Shown here in pieces: positions 52,832 to 64,000 of a DNA stretch of 64,000 bases. Positions within the stretch are counted from its first letter, which is position 1, and the number at the start of each line of letters is the position of its first letter. A model generated the notes under the pieces. It was given only the letters and a program-made list of their open reading frames with translations, did not search any database and was not told the DNA's origin. The stretch is from Eledone cirrhosa (lineage: Eukaryota). The DNA lies in NCBI GenBank assembly GCA_964016885.1, contig OZ024742.1, positions 64,728,001 to 64,792,000 of the forward strand, written 5' to 3'. The translations under genes and the position numbers were made by a program.

Positions 52832-53932
52832 TCTATACATATATATAAAACTGTAGTTGTCTGTGTGTCCTCATCTTTGCAAAGTCTATACAAATCCACA
52901 TTTCTACTCCGATTGACTTCAAACTTGCATTTATATATTCCTTGTTGTCTAAAGATATTAACTGCAGCTTTTATTTTTCAATTTTCTGTTGTTAAAGGGG
53001 TGTTAGGCGCTGGTTATCAATCTCCATCGCACCCTTATAATATCTGTCTGTCTGCATTACGACATTATGACAAATATTGATGACGTATTATGTTCGCTAT
53101 TTTTCGTTCATTGCCAAGGAACGTCTTCCTGTTTTTCTTCGGTTGCAACGTTTTTCGAAATATTTACTTCTGCGTTCACAGATTGATTTTTTTAGTTTCA
53201 GAAGATCTCGTTAAAGGTGAAAGCAGCGATTCTTTGCTTAAACTTTAATCTGTTATTTTAATATATAATATAAGCGAGGCAAGCCAGCCCAGTTGCCACT
53301 TCTTGCCAATAAACATTAACCCTTTGTGCGGCATTCATCTTACTGTAGACCAACAAATACCAACAGATACCAACTAAATGGAGCGTTCACAAGAACGATG
53401 GCGAATGAATCTTTGAGGTAAGCAGTTTCCTCCCGAGCTGTTAGTTCATGCGGGATTCTCTGCTACACCTTTTTGTAATAATACTGAACAACGTACTTCT
53501 GGTCATTCCTTCCTCCAAAAGCCGTACAAAGTGGACATGTGCATCGGGCAGATGGATCGGGTGCAAATCTACACCAGGCCTACACGAGAAATTCGCAAGG
53601 GACTGCACCGAGAGGGATAGAGAGAAAGAGTAACTTAGTGGAAAGAGTGCAAATGAACTTTTGAGGTAAGTAGCCTACGCCTTACTGCTATTGCACTGGA
53701 ACCTTCTGCCAACTTAACCTGTGACTTTCTCTTTCACATTTACTCCATTTCTATGAACAATGCACGTAGACAGCTAAACTGTACTTTCAACTTCTTAATT
53801 TTCTCCAAATAAAACAAGTTTCCTGTCGGTATATTTTCGTGAGTTTTTAACAGGCACTCACAAATAAACATTTCTCATTGGCGGTGCTATTACCAATGTT
53901 CTTACCCGTGCAACGCCGGGATACACTGCTAG
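52832..53932 (+). mobile_element. Non-autonomous Helitron-like element in the phosphonatase intron
   Basis: 5' a|TCtatacatatatataaaa; 3' hairpin cccgtgcaacgccggg (53905-53920) then CTAG|t; A/T insertion site, no TSD; CpG-richer interior. Confidence 0.7.
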
Positions 53933-54313
53933 TCTATATATAAATTTGAACAACGTCCGTCTGTCACAATGTGTGTGTATGTTTGTGTGAATGTATGTGT
54001 GTAAAAGGAAGGAAAGTGGATGATGAAAAGCTATAGCAAAACAGCAGCTGGCGTTCCATTTGCTATGCTGTGTGTGAGTGTATGCATATGTGTCTGTTTG
54101 TATAAATGTATGTGTGTGTTTATGTAAATGTATGTGTGTGTTTGTGTGAATGTATGTCTGTAAGTGTGTCTGTGTTTGCGTGTTTATATTTATATACTCA
54201 TACATATAAATGTATGCATATACACACGCACATATACACGCTTTAGAGTGGGGAAAAAATCCTAGTATAGGGAAATAGCTAGAGTAAAATATTTGAACCT
54301 GGTTCAAACTTAC

Positions 54314-54656
54314 CTGGCAGTAGCTGGCTATACTTGGAAAGAACACTTAGCTGTAGAGGCACAAAGTCTTCATACATTTTCCTTACATCCGACTGATCAG
54401 GGAACCTTCCATGAATAGTCTTCCATCTTTGTCTCACATCTTCATTTTCTGTTAATTTTTGTATATGTGCATCTTTCCTTAATCCCATTGGCTCACGTGC
54501 TTCTGTCATCGATATAGGAACCCCATGTTTCTGGAAAACTTCAACAAATGCTATAGCTGGTGCCATAACATAACGGTCAACAGTTGTGCCAGACCAGTCT
54601 AGTATAATAGCTTTCACAGCACCAGTGTACTGCCGTATAAATCTGTAACTATTCAT
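54314..54656 (-). CDS. phnX: Phosphonoacetaldehyde hydrolase (phosphonatase, HAD superfamily), first visible coding exon
   Basis: AIILDWSGTTVD (HAD motif I) and EAREPMGLRKDAH (phosphonatase cap loop with Schiff-base Lys). Acceptor ttccag| immediately upstream, exon starts 54661; G|gtaagt donor after 54314. Confidence 0.93.
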
Positions 54657-55989
54657 AGTTTCTGGAAAAGGAAAATAAATACAAATTTAGCATCAGCCAT
54701 AATATTATGCCATGTGTTTGTATATATGTATATATATATATATTAAAATAAGAGATTAAAGTTTAAACAAAGAATTACTGCTTTCACCCTTAACGGGATC
54801 TTCTGAAACGATTCTTTGCTTAAACTTTAATCTGTTATTTTAATAAATATTTGTTCTATGATTTTAAATTTGTTGATATATATATTATCCTTATCAAGCC
54901 ATCTTCGGATTTTAGTCTTCATATTTATTGTTATTACTATGGATTGGCAGCATCGGTAGAGGGTCGGACGCCATGCTTTGACGCATAGAGTTACGGTCTT
55001 TGCCATTCTGAGTTCAAATCCCGCCGAGGTTAACTTTGCCTTTCATCCTTACGGGGTCGATAAAATAAAGTACCAGTAATGCACTGGATAATTGCTGGCC
55101 TTGTGCCAAAAAGTAGAAACAATTACTATATATATATATATATATGTATGTATGTAAAAGGTAAACAGAAATAACACAATCGGTACAGTATATGGAAGGT
55201 ATATATTAGGTTAACGCTTGATATAGCAGGAAATGGTCTTAACGTTTAGGGTGCTAGTCCTTCATCAGAAGAAAGAATGAGAAATAAAATAGATTAAGGG
55301 GTCGGGCGGGATGGAATTTGAAAAAATGTCTTTGGATAAAAATAATAGGTCCATTCAAGTTGACATCTCTTGCAAAACTGTTGGTGCTGGCGTTTTGTGT
55401 ACACACACATATATATAATTGTTTCTACTTTCTACAAGGCCAGCAATTATCCCAGTGCATTACTGGTGCTTTATTTTATCGACCCCTTAAGGATGAAAAG
55501 CAAAGTTAACCTCAGTGGGATTTGAACTCAGATCGTAAAGGGGCGTAATTCTATGCTGCAAAGCATGATGTCCGACCTTCTATCGATACTGCCAATCCAC
55601 CGCCCTTTATATATAATGTCAGTAACTTTTTAATATTTACACACCCATACTAACATTCACACAATACTTCAATAAAGGGTTTAACCCGAAATGTCAGATC
55701 CATTCCTTTTCTTTTGATGTAAATATCTTCATTGTTCACATTTTTTACGTCTTGTTTCACCTTTTGTTTACCTTGTTTTAACTTCTTGTGTTCTATTTGT
55801 CTGTTCCTTCTTCTACCTTAATTTACTTCTATTTGTATGATTTTTACCTTTATATATATATATATCGTAATATTGGGGTTTTCCAATATAGATCCTGGTA
55901 AAGATGAGAGGAGTGAGATTGTAGGCAGACTAACAAAAAAAGTAAACTTTGTATGTGAAATGCAAAGAAGTAGTTAGTAGTAAAAGCTA

Positions 55990-56625
55990 TGGTGAAATCT
56001 TCTAAAGGTTCCATAGAAGTGGTTGATAGCTTCTGCTACCAGGTGACTTAATTAGCAGTGGAAAGCAGAGGTTGCTTTGAAAGCATAGTAGCTAGAACAA
56101 AGTCAGGCTGGATAAACTTCGTAGAGCTACTATCTGTGTGGTCAACAAAAGTCTTCTCTCTATAAATGAAAGATCAGCTGTATGATACCTGTGTGCAATG
56201 TACAAAAATGCATAAAAATGAAACGAGCAATAATTACAGAGATGGGAAAGATGGAAGAAAATGAAGTGAGCATACTTTGATGGATGTGTGATGTTGATGT
56301 GCATGATTGGCAAAGCATGGATAGACTGAGAGAGAAATGGAGTGTAAGAGGAATGAAATATAGTGTGTAGGAGAGATGATGCACTCGTATGACCATGTGA
56401 TGACTGTTTGGTGAAGAAGTACCAAGAGTTTCCAGTGAAAAGAAGCTGCAGAGGAGGAAAACCAAGGAAAACATAAACAGAAGAGGTGAGGGCAGATTTC
56501 AAAACACTGAACCTCACAGAGATGATAAAGGAATGCAATGAGTGGAGAGAAACTGTGTTGGAGAGGATCCATTAGCCCCATACTTGCATGGAGAAATGAA
56601 CATAAAAAGAATGATTTTAATGATG
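55990..56625 (+). mobile_element. Old degenerate RTE LINE 3' fragment
   Basis: GSIEVVDSFCY and downstream similarity to 12646-13250; similar relics at about 35080-35320, 42800-43180, 50020-50480 and inside the inverted duplication. Confidence 0.7.
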
Positions 56626-57319
56626 AGATATGTATATATCATAGTCATCTGTATTTGCGGCCTTCTCTTATTAGGTCAATGTTAATCTCAGGATTAAAAA
56701 ATCTTATTAGCATGTGAGTGGGGAGAGGGCTCTCATTCAATGTAGAGAATATTATATATATAGTCTCATAACATGACAACCTGTCTACCGCATGCAAGCA
56801 AGGAAAATACTTCTTAAATGATGATGATGATACATATATATGTATATGTGTTAATAAAGAATTGATTACACATGTATCGGTACAGACATAATAAACAATA
56901 AGAGGTATGGCTATTAATTAATATTAAAATAGCACAGTACCCATAAAAAAATGGGAGAATATATAGTATATATATATTTAGTTAAATAATTGTTTCTACT
57001 TTAGGCACAAGGCCAACAATTATCCCAGTGTATTACTGGTACTTTATTTTATCGACCCCGTAAGGATGAAAGGCAAAGTTAACCTCAGCAGGATTTGAAC
57101 TCAGACCATAAAGGGCCGTAACTCTATGCTGCAAAGCATGGCGTCCGACCCTCTATCGATACTGCCAATCCACCGCACCATTCAATGTGAAAACACTTGA
57201 ATCCTTGAGTTTTCCTTGAACTTTGAAAAAGTCAATCTGCTTTTTCCTTCTTCTTGGTAGTAGCAGTATTAATAGTAATGATGGTAGTGTAAACATCATC
57301 AGTATTTAAAGGCTCAAAA

Positions 57320-57353
<34 letters not shown>

Positions 57354-57589
57354 GGTGGTGGTGGTGGTGGTGGTGGTGCTGCTGCTGCTGCTAAGAACTC
57401 TTGTCTTTCTTCATAACATTACAACTTTCTAGACACAGAAAGTGGTTGTCATGAGATCATGTGCTTTATCATAAAATGCACAATTTATATAATAAATATG
57501 ATTTACAAAAGAAACAAATCACAAGAAATGAGTCAAAAAGGTGTACACTGAATTACATATTACAACAGGGAATGTTGATGTTTCCCTCT

Positions 57590-57790
57590 GTGTCAGAAAG
57601 ACCGAGTCTAGGGCTACCTTCCTACTCACCACCATAGGCGCTGATCTGGCTAGCCCCAGGTGTGAGTCTCATGAGATGGAATGGCTCTTCCAGCGCATCA
57701 CCCTCACCATCCTTCGGGGAAACAACTCTATTCTGTCTGCCAGGGTCATGGAGCAGCCAGCATGTGGGACCCCATTTGTTCATAATAGTG
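57590..57790 (+). mobile_element. C-terminal fragment of a CRE-like element, opposite orientation
   Basis: WLFQRITLTILRGN resembles the FQR.S.A.QRGN C-terminal motif of this clade. Confidence 0.55.
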
Positions 57791-58376
57791 AGAGATGGAG
57801 GCGATGACAGTGGGATCTGGTGAATGTGTGTATGTGTATGTTTACTTCTGTTCAGTCTATAAAATATATGTGCAAACATATACAGTACATAGATTAGAAA
57901 TATTAATTTTATTTATTATTATCATATATATAGTTCACATGATTATGAATACAAATAAATACAATTTATATAATGAAAAAAGTGTGATAGAAGACACACT
58001 TAACCAAACATTACAACAATGGGTGCTGGAGTTTCTCCCCGACATTTTTCTAAAGAAAACCCAAGACACTCACAGCTAAGATCCTGGAATGATTAAAAAA
58101 AATGGAAGGTGTTCCAAAAAATCAGATCCATAATAAAAACCCTACCGGACAATACCCCACCCCACTAAATAATATCCTCACCCTATCAGGTAATATGCTC
58201 ACCCTATCAGACAATATCCCTATCCTACTTGACAATATCTCTACATAGTAAAAAATAACACAGAACTTGAATATCTAGTTTTAATTTGTTCTTAAAATAC
58301 AAGGAATTACCAGCAAAAAATGTTGTCAGCCTGTAGCATTCAAGACTTTTGTAGGAGCTGGGCTGCTCCTGGTGGG

Positions 58377-58614
58377 TGTGCTTAGTTATTCCAGTTTTAG
58401 CCTTGCCATCTCTTGGCCTAGCTGACATATCAGGCAATGCTTCTGGTGTATGAGCTTAGTTATTCCAGTTTTAGCCTTGCCATCTCTTGGCCTAGCTGAC
58501 ATATCAAGCAATGCTTCTGGTGTATGAGCTTGGTTATTCCAGTTTTAGCCTTGCCATCTCTTGGCCTAGCTGACATATCAAGCAATGCTGCTGGTTGGTG
58601 AGCTTGGTTATTCT
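58377..58614. repeat. 74-bp tandem repeat, 3 copies plus a partial
   Basis: Unit starts at 58381, 58455, 58529, 58603. Confidence 0.92.
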
Positions 58615-59220
58615 AGTGTCTTCCGTTTGGCAACGGAAGCAGTAACCCCAACATTTACCGTGGCGTCCATGATGTGGGAGGGAGCAAAAGAGTCACTGAC
58701 TCTGGCATCCCAGATGACACACCTACCTTTTACCCAGGGACAAAGGGTAAGGCCATCTGGTCTCTTCTCATCACTTCTGTATAATCCCACCAACTCCAGA
58801 ACTGAGGGGATATTTACCTGAGCTATGGCCCGCTTAATGATCAGGTTTAGCTTGGTGTGTGGGGGACGAAACGACCAGCATTCAGGCGGCAGGACAAACC
58901 ATGTAAGCCTGTGGAGTCGAGGGACCTACCACAGTGACATCTCAAACCCCAACAGACATCGGCTCTCACTCAAAGTGCTATGGAGATGCAGAGCTCGTTC
59001 TGACTGAGAAGACCACCAATGTTAGCCACAGGCAGGGCATCAATCCAGTCCTCCGACAACTTTGCGCTTGCAGAAAGTAAGCGGCACCTAGAAAATTGAC
59101 CGAGATGATTAAAAAGAGAGTTAAAAATTTCCCTCAAACGTAGATTGTCGCATACTCTCTGTTTCCGCCTATCCTCATCAGTAACGGGAACTGGCAATCC
59201 CAGCTCTCTCCACTGTAATA
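58600..59220 (-). mobile_element. Relic of a restriction-like-endonuclease (CRE-like) non-LTR retrotransposon
   Basis: DWIDALP..IG..LSQNELCISIAL, HGLSC zinc-knuckle remnant, KRPDGLTLCPW...WDARVSD (PD..D motif). Confidence 0.7.
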
Positions 59221-60278
59221 AAGCTTGTATTTTATTTATTCGATTCAAGAGCAAAGTTAACTTTGGCAGTATTTAGACTCGGAATGTAAAAGTTTATTCT
59301 TTATCAGGTAAATGACATTTCATTATTTAGCTTTAAATATTATAAACAGATTTAGTTTTATCTATTACTATTTTGATATTTTAGTGTCAAATGGGGTTTT
59401 GTCCATATCTCAAAATTCACGCAAGGATGGAAATTTCACTACAAATACAAAAATAGTTCCATAGGTAAAAATAATTGTTTCTACGTTAGGCACAAGGCCA
59501 GCAATTACCCAGTGCATTACTGAAACATAATAATAATAATTAAGGTGCGGGGTTTGAAAAATGTAATTTTGCATTAGTAATGAAATGTTCATTGTTGCAA
59601 ACTTAAAATAATAATATCACTTTAAAAACACGTGAATTAGGAAAAAAATAAAGTAACATCATTCATTTAAATTAGAAATAAGCCAAACGAAAATGATTCG
59701 TTTCAGTAACTATCTCTTTGTTTTATAGTCCCGATTACGCACGTATTCAGCAGGATTTTACACATACACATACACACACATATGTTAGGTGCGTGCATGC
59801 ATGTAAGGGCTGTCTGTAATCATGAGACGGATAAACTGTACTTTTAACTATAAAAAAGGCCATGCCATATCACAGTGTCACGCTGGTTCTCTCAGAAAAT
59901 TACATTAAGGATACACGTGTCTGTGGAATAATCACCCACTTACACTATAATAAAATGAGCAGGTAGTCAGTAAATATTCAAGTGTTTGTGTAATACTCAA
60001 CCACTTTATGATAAGAGTGAATAGTTATTTAGAAGATATATATGTTTGTGGATGCACTATAATTCAAGGAGCAGGTAGTTATGTATGTCTGTATGTGAGG
60101 AGTGTGTATATATATATGTGTGCGTGCGCGTATGTTACATTAAAAGAACAAGTGCTTGTGGAATACTCAGCCCCAAACACTAATTTAATTCGATAGTTCG
60201 GTTGATCGAACATCGGAATCTTCATCGTCGAAACTGATGAAAGACCTATTTACTTTCATTTATGTTAGTGGGTATGAA

Positions 60279-60314
<36 letters not shown>

Positions 60315-60315
60315 C

Positions 60316-60405
<90 letters not shown>

Positions 60406-60410
<5 letters not shown>

Positions 60411-60946
60411 AACGAGTAGGACCCCGAGGGCTGAGCTCAAGCCGTTTCGACAGCTAATTCTGGACTAAATGAACATTTTTTTTATCCTGGTATATGAATA
60501 GCCGAGCTTCTCAGGGGGTAATTCCATATATGGTAAAAGTGATTGTCACAAGGATTGGTCAAAAGTTTGTTGTTGAGACACAATTCTATCATGGCAATTT
60601 GTAGAATGAAGGGGTAGCTGAACTTGCCAGTAGAAGAAAGAGGGAGAGGGAGAGGGAGTGGAGGAAACCCAGTTGTGCGTTGATAGTGCCAACTACCCTG
60701 CTGTAGTTGGCACTATCAACACACTGGTAGGTTCAGCTACCCCTTCCTTCCACAAATTGCCATGATAGAATTATGTGTCTCAACAACAAACTTTTGACCA
60801 ATCCTTGTAAGAATCACTTTTACCATATATGGAATTACCCCCTGAGAAGATCGGCTATTCATATACCAGGATAAACATTTTCATTTAGTCCAGAATTACC
60901 GTCGAAACGGCTTGAGCTCAGCCGTCGGGGTCCTACTCGTTCCTAT
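60406..60946. repeat. ~540-bp palindromic element next to (TA)n
   Basis: Arms of about 225 bp plus a perfect inner 18-bp hairpin (60679-60696 / 60703-60720, 6-nt loop); terminal fragment repeated at 63657-63688. Confidence 0.93.
60837..60931 (+). ncRNA. Type I hammerhead-like motif with variant core (CUGAGAA) and long stem II insert
   Basis: Stem I acccc/ggggt; core CTGAGAA; stem II ga(t)cgg/ccgtc; GAAA; stem III cggct/agccg around palindromic tgagctca; GUC triplet (cut after 60926). Mirror copy on the minus strand at about 60421-60520. Confidence 0.6.
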
Positions 60947-61022
60947 TACCCACTCTACTACCCTAAGTATTGAGTAATTTGGTGCGTTATGGTCCACCTG
61001 GTTCCTTACCACATTTCCTTCG

Positions 61023-61145
<123 letters not shown>

Positions 61146-61460
61146 GAGAGAGAGAGAGAAGATGAAACTGGAAATAGCACGGAAAATATATTTTAGGGTG
61201 TTTTTCTTTTTTTCTTTTTCTTTCTTTGATTCGTCAAAGTGACATTATTGAAAAAATGAGAGGGGCAATTCTTTTTAAAAAGAGTTTTGTAATGTATATA
61301 AAGTATTACCGGTTTCGATGTAATAGTAAAATTTTAATCTTAACCATATGTGTATATACGTGTGTATACACATACAAACAACTGTGAATATATATATATA
61401 TATATATATTATACGTGTTATATGTATGTGTATACGCATACATATAACCACCATCAAGAA

Positions 61461-62052
61461 AGCCAGCAAATATAAACTTGTTTACATATGTGAAGGAATT
61501 TATGAATGGAACAACGAAATAGCTTGTATCAATGTCTTAACAACGTGCGTATATTTACTATTTACTATATATAGATGTATAAATGAATGGACACCCACGA
61601 TTTAATTCATATAGAAATGACATGCAGGACTAAAACTGTTTCATTAGTCTGAAATCATCTGGGCATTCCTGGTGATTTCAAACAAATGAAACAGTTCTGG
61701 AGCTGTAGAAGCCACCTGTATCTGAAATATACAATGTACCTTCTCTATTTAATGATGGTCTTTTTCTGTTCTCCGACCACCACCACAGCCAGCAAATATA
61801 ATCTTGTTTACATGGAATTTATGAATGGAACAACGAAATAGAATGTAAGAATGTCTTAACAACGTGTGTTTATTTACTATGTATAAATGAATGCATTCAC
61901 ACGATTTATTTCATATAGAAATGAAATACAGGACTAAAACTGCTCCATTAATCATTCAGTCTTTCCTGGTGATTTCAAACGAACGAAACAGTTCTGGCCA
62001 TGTAGAAGCCACCTGTATTTGAAATATACAATGTACCTTCTCTATTTAATGG
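61461..62052. repeat. Diverged direct duplication of about 270-295 bp
   Basis: 61461-61755 versus 61787-62052, both starting agccagcaaatataa and ending aatgtaccttctctatttaat. Confidence 0.9.
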
Positions 62053-62678
62053 TTTGAGTACCTTATTTAATAATTGTTTCTACTTTTCACAAGGCCAGCA
62101 ATTATTTCAGTGCATTACTGGTACTTTATTTTATCGACCCTGTAAGGATGAAAGGCAAAGTTAACGTCGGCGGGATTTGAACTCAGAATGGCAAGGGCCG
62201 TAACTCTATGCGTCAAAACATGGTGTCCGATCCTCTACTGATACTGCCAATCCCCTTTTTTTGTTCTTCAGAAAACCATTCTTCATTATATACATATATA
62301 TATGTGTATGTGTGAGTATGTGAATGTGTATAAAAGTAATAACAAAAATAACAAAACAAAGGCACAATACATAGAATATATTAGTTTAACGCTTGAGGTG
62401 AAGATGAGGTTGGAGAGATGTAGGTAGGATTGTAAAGTTCCAGAGAATGTATACATTTTTGGGGGACACCGTGTGTGTGTGTATATATATATATTAGAAA
62501 GTTAGGTTTTTTTTACAAAATGAAAAAAAAACGAGTGAAAGTATAAGGAAAAAAGATGAAATTGAAAATGCAATTCTACTTTTGAAAAGCACAAGAACTG
62601 CGAAACCGGTAAAAGAACCAAATAAATATATTTATTTTAAAAAAAGACTCCAGTTGCATTTTCGATTTCATCTTTTTT

Positions 62679-62731
<53 letters not shown>

Positions 62732-62839
62732 TGTATGTATGTATATATATATATATATATGTGTGTGTGTATGTGTATAACATTGCCCAGTCAATAGATA
62801 GTGACATTATAAATTTACTTATCACCGCCAACAATGTTT

Positions 62840-63089
<250 letters not shown>

Positions 63090-63685
63090 GAAACCACTGG
63101 TAAATGGAATAATTGCCTTATGTTGTTTATTACATAACTATATATATATATATATATAAATGAAACCACTGGTAAATGGAATAATTGCCTTATGTTGTTT
63201 ATTACATAACTATATGTATATATATATATATATATATGCGTGTTTGTGTGTGTTAACAGTGTTATATATTATGTATGAACAACGTGAATAATGTTGCGCG
63301 CGTGTATATATATATATATAATAACAATGAAAATGATTGTAATAAGGCTTACACAATAATTTCGTGTAAGCAATGTGTGAGCAATGAAGAAAATCATCAG
63401 TGGTTGTTACACAATACTCACGGTGACGTTGAAATCATCAGTGGTTGTTACACAATACTCACGGTGATGTTGAAAGGTAACGGAAGAATATATAAGAGTG
63501 GTTTGTGTGAAGAGTGAGAGAGAGACTAAATACCAAACCAACAACAATAACTACAAATATAGATCTCGGTCAGCAGCCAGGAGTTAATGTAAACAACACA
63601 CATGCGTAAACAAACACACACATAACGCGTGTACACGCACACACACACATATATATAGCTCAGCTGTCGGGGTCTTACTTGTTCC

Positions 63686-63730
<45 letters not shown>

Positions 63731-64000
63731 GTTTTCCAGGGTCATAGGATTGTCATGAGATATACATTTGTGTGTATATATATGTATGTGTGTGAGTATG
63801 TATGTGTTTGTGTGTGTTTATTTGTATGTGAGTATATATGTATGTATATTTAGTGAAGGCGCGTGGCTTAGCAGTTAGAAAATAGGATTCGCAATCGGGA
63901 GGCTGCAGGTTCTCTGACCGGATGATGCGTCATGTCCTTGAGCAAGACATTGTATTTTACGCTGTGACTGGTAGATAGTATTAGCAATGGAATGTCCAAC

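Noticed and set aside
47619-54656. Bacterial contamination as the source of phnX
   Set aside because: CDS is split by a canonical spliceosomal intron filled with the same repeats as the flanking host genes, with AT-rich codon usage
57180-57430. Possible upstream exon of the phosphonatase (tag| acceptor followed by CAG/CCA/CTA repeats on the minus strand)
   Set aside because: Stops in all three frames and only a weak donor; best read as a compound trinucleotide repeat

Overview
AT-rich, repeat-dense animal genomic DNA with spliceosomal GT-AG introns. The repeat landscape (tRNA-headed SINEs, RTE and CR1 LINEs, long (TA)n tracts) suggests an octopus or other cephalopod; this is inference, not a database result. 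Three intron-containing genes were reconstructed by hand. (1) COPS2/CSN2 on the minus strand: first 8 coding exons, 17245->2144, running off the left edge. (2) DDA1 on the plus strand: complete, 5 coding exons, 17781->38385, 101 aa, head-to-head with COPS2 across 535 bp. (3) A complete phosphonoacetaldehyde hydrolase (phosphonatase, PhnX-like, 280 aa) on the minus strand: 2 coding exons, 54656->47619, with the catalytic residues conserved, i.e. an animal-encoded candidate C-P bond-cleaving enzyme. Introns and intergenic DNA hold RTE, CR1 and CRE-like LINE fragments, two SINE families, TTAA-flanked MITEs, a non-autonomous Helitron, a 28-bp minisatellite and a ~1.6-kb inverted duplication. There are also several type-I hammerhead-ribozyme motifs, two pairs of which sit in fold-back (palindromic) elements. 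Most ORFs in the supplied track are spurious microsatellite or antisense frames.
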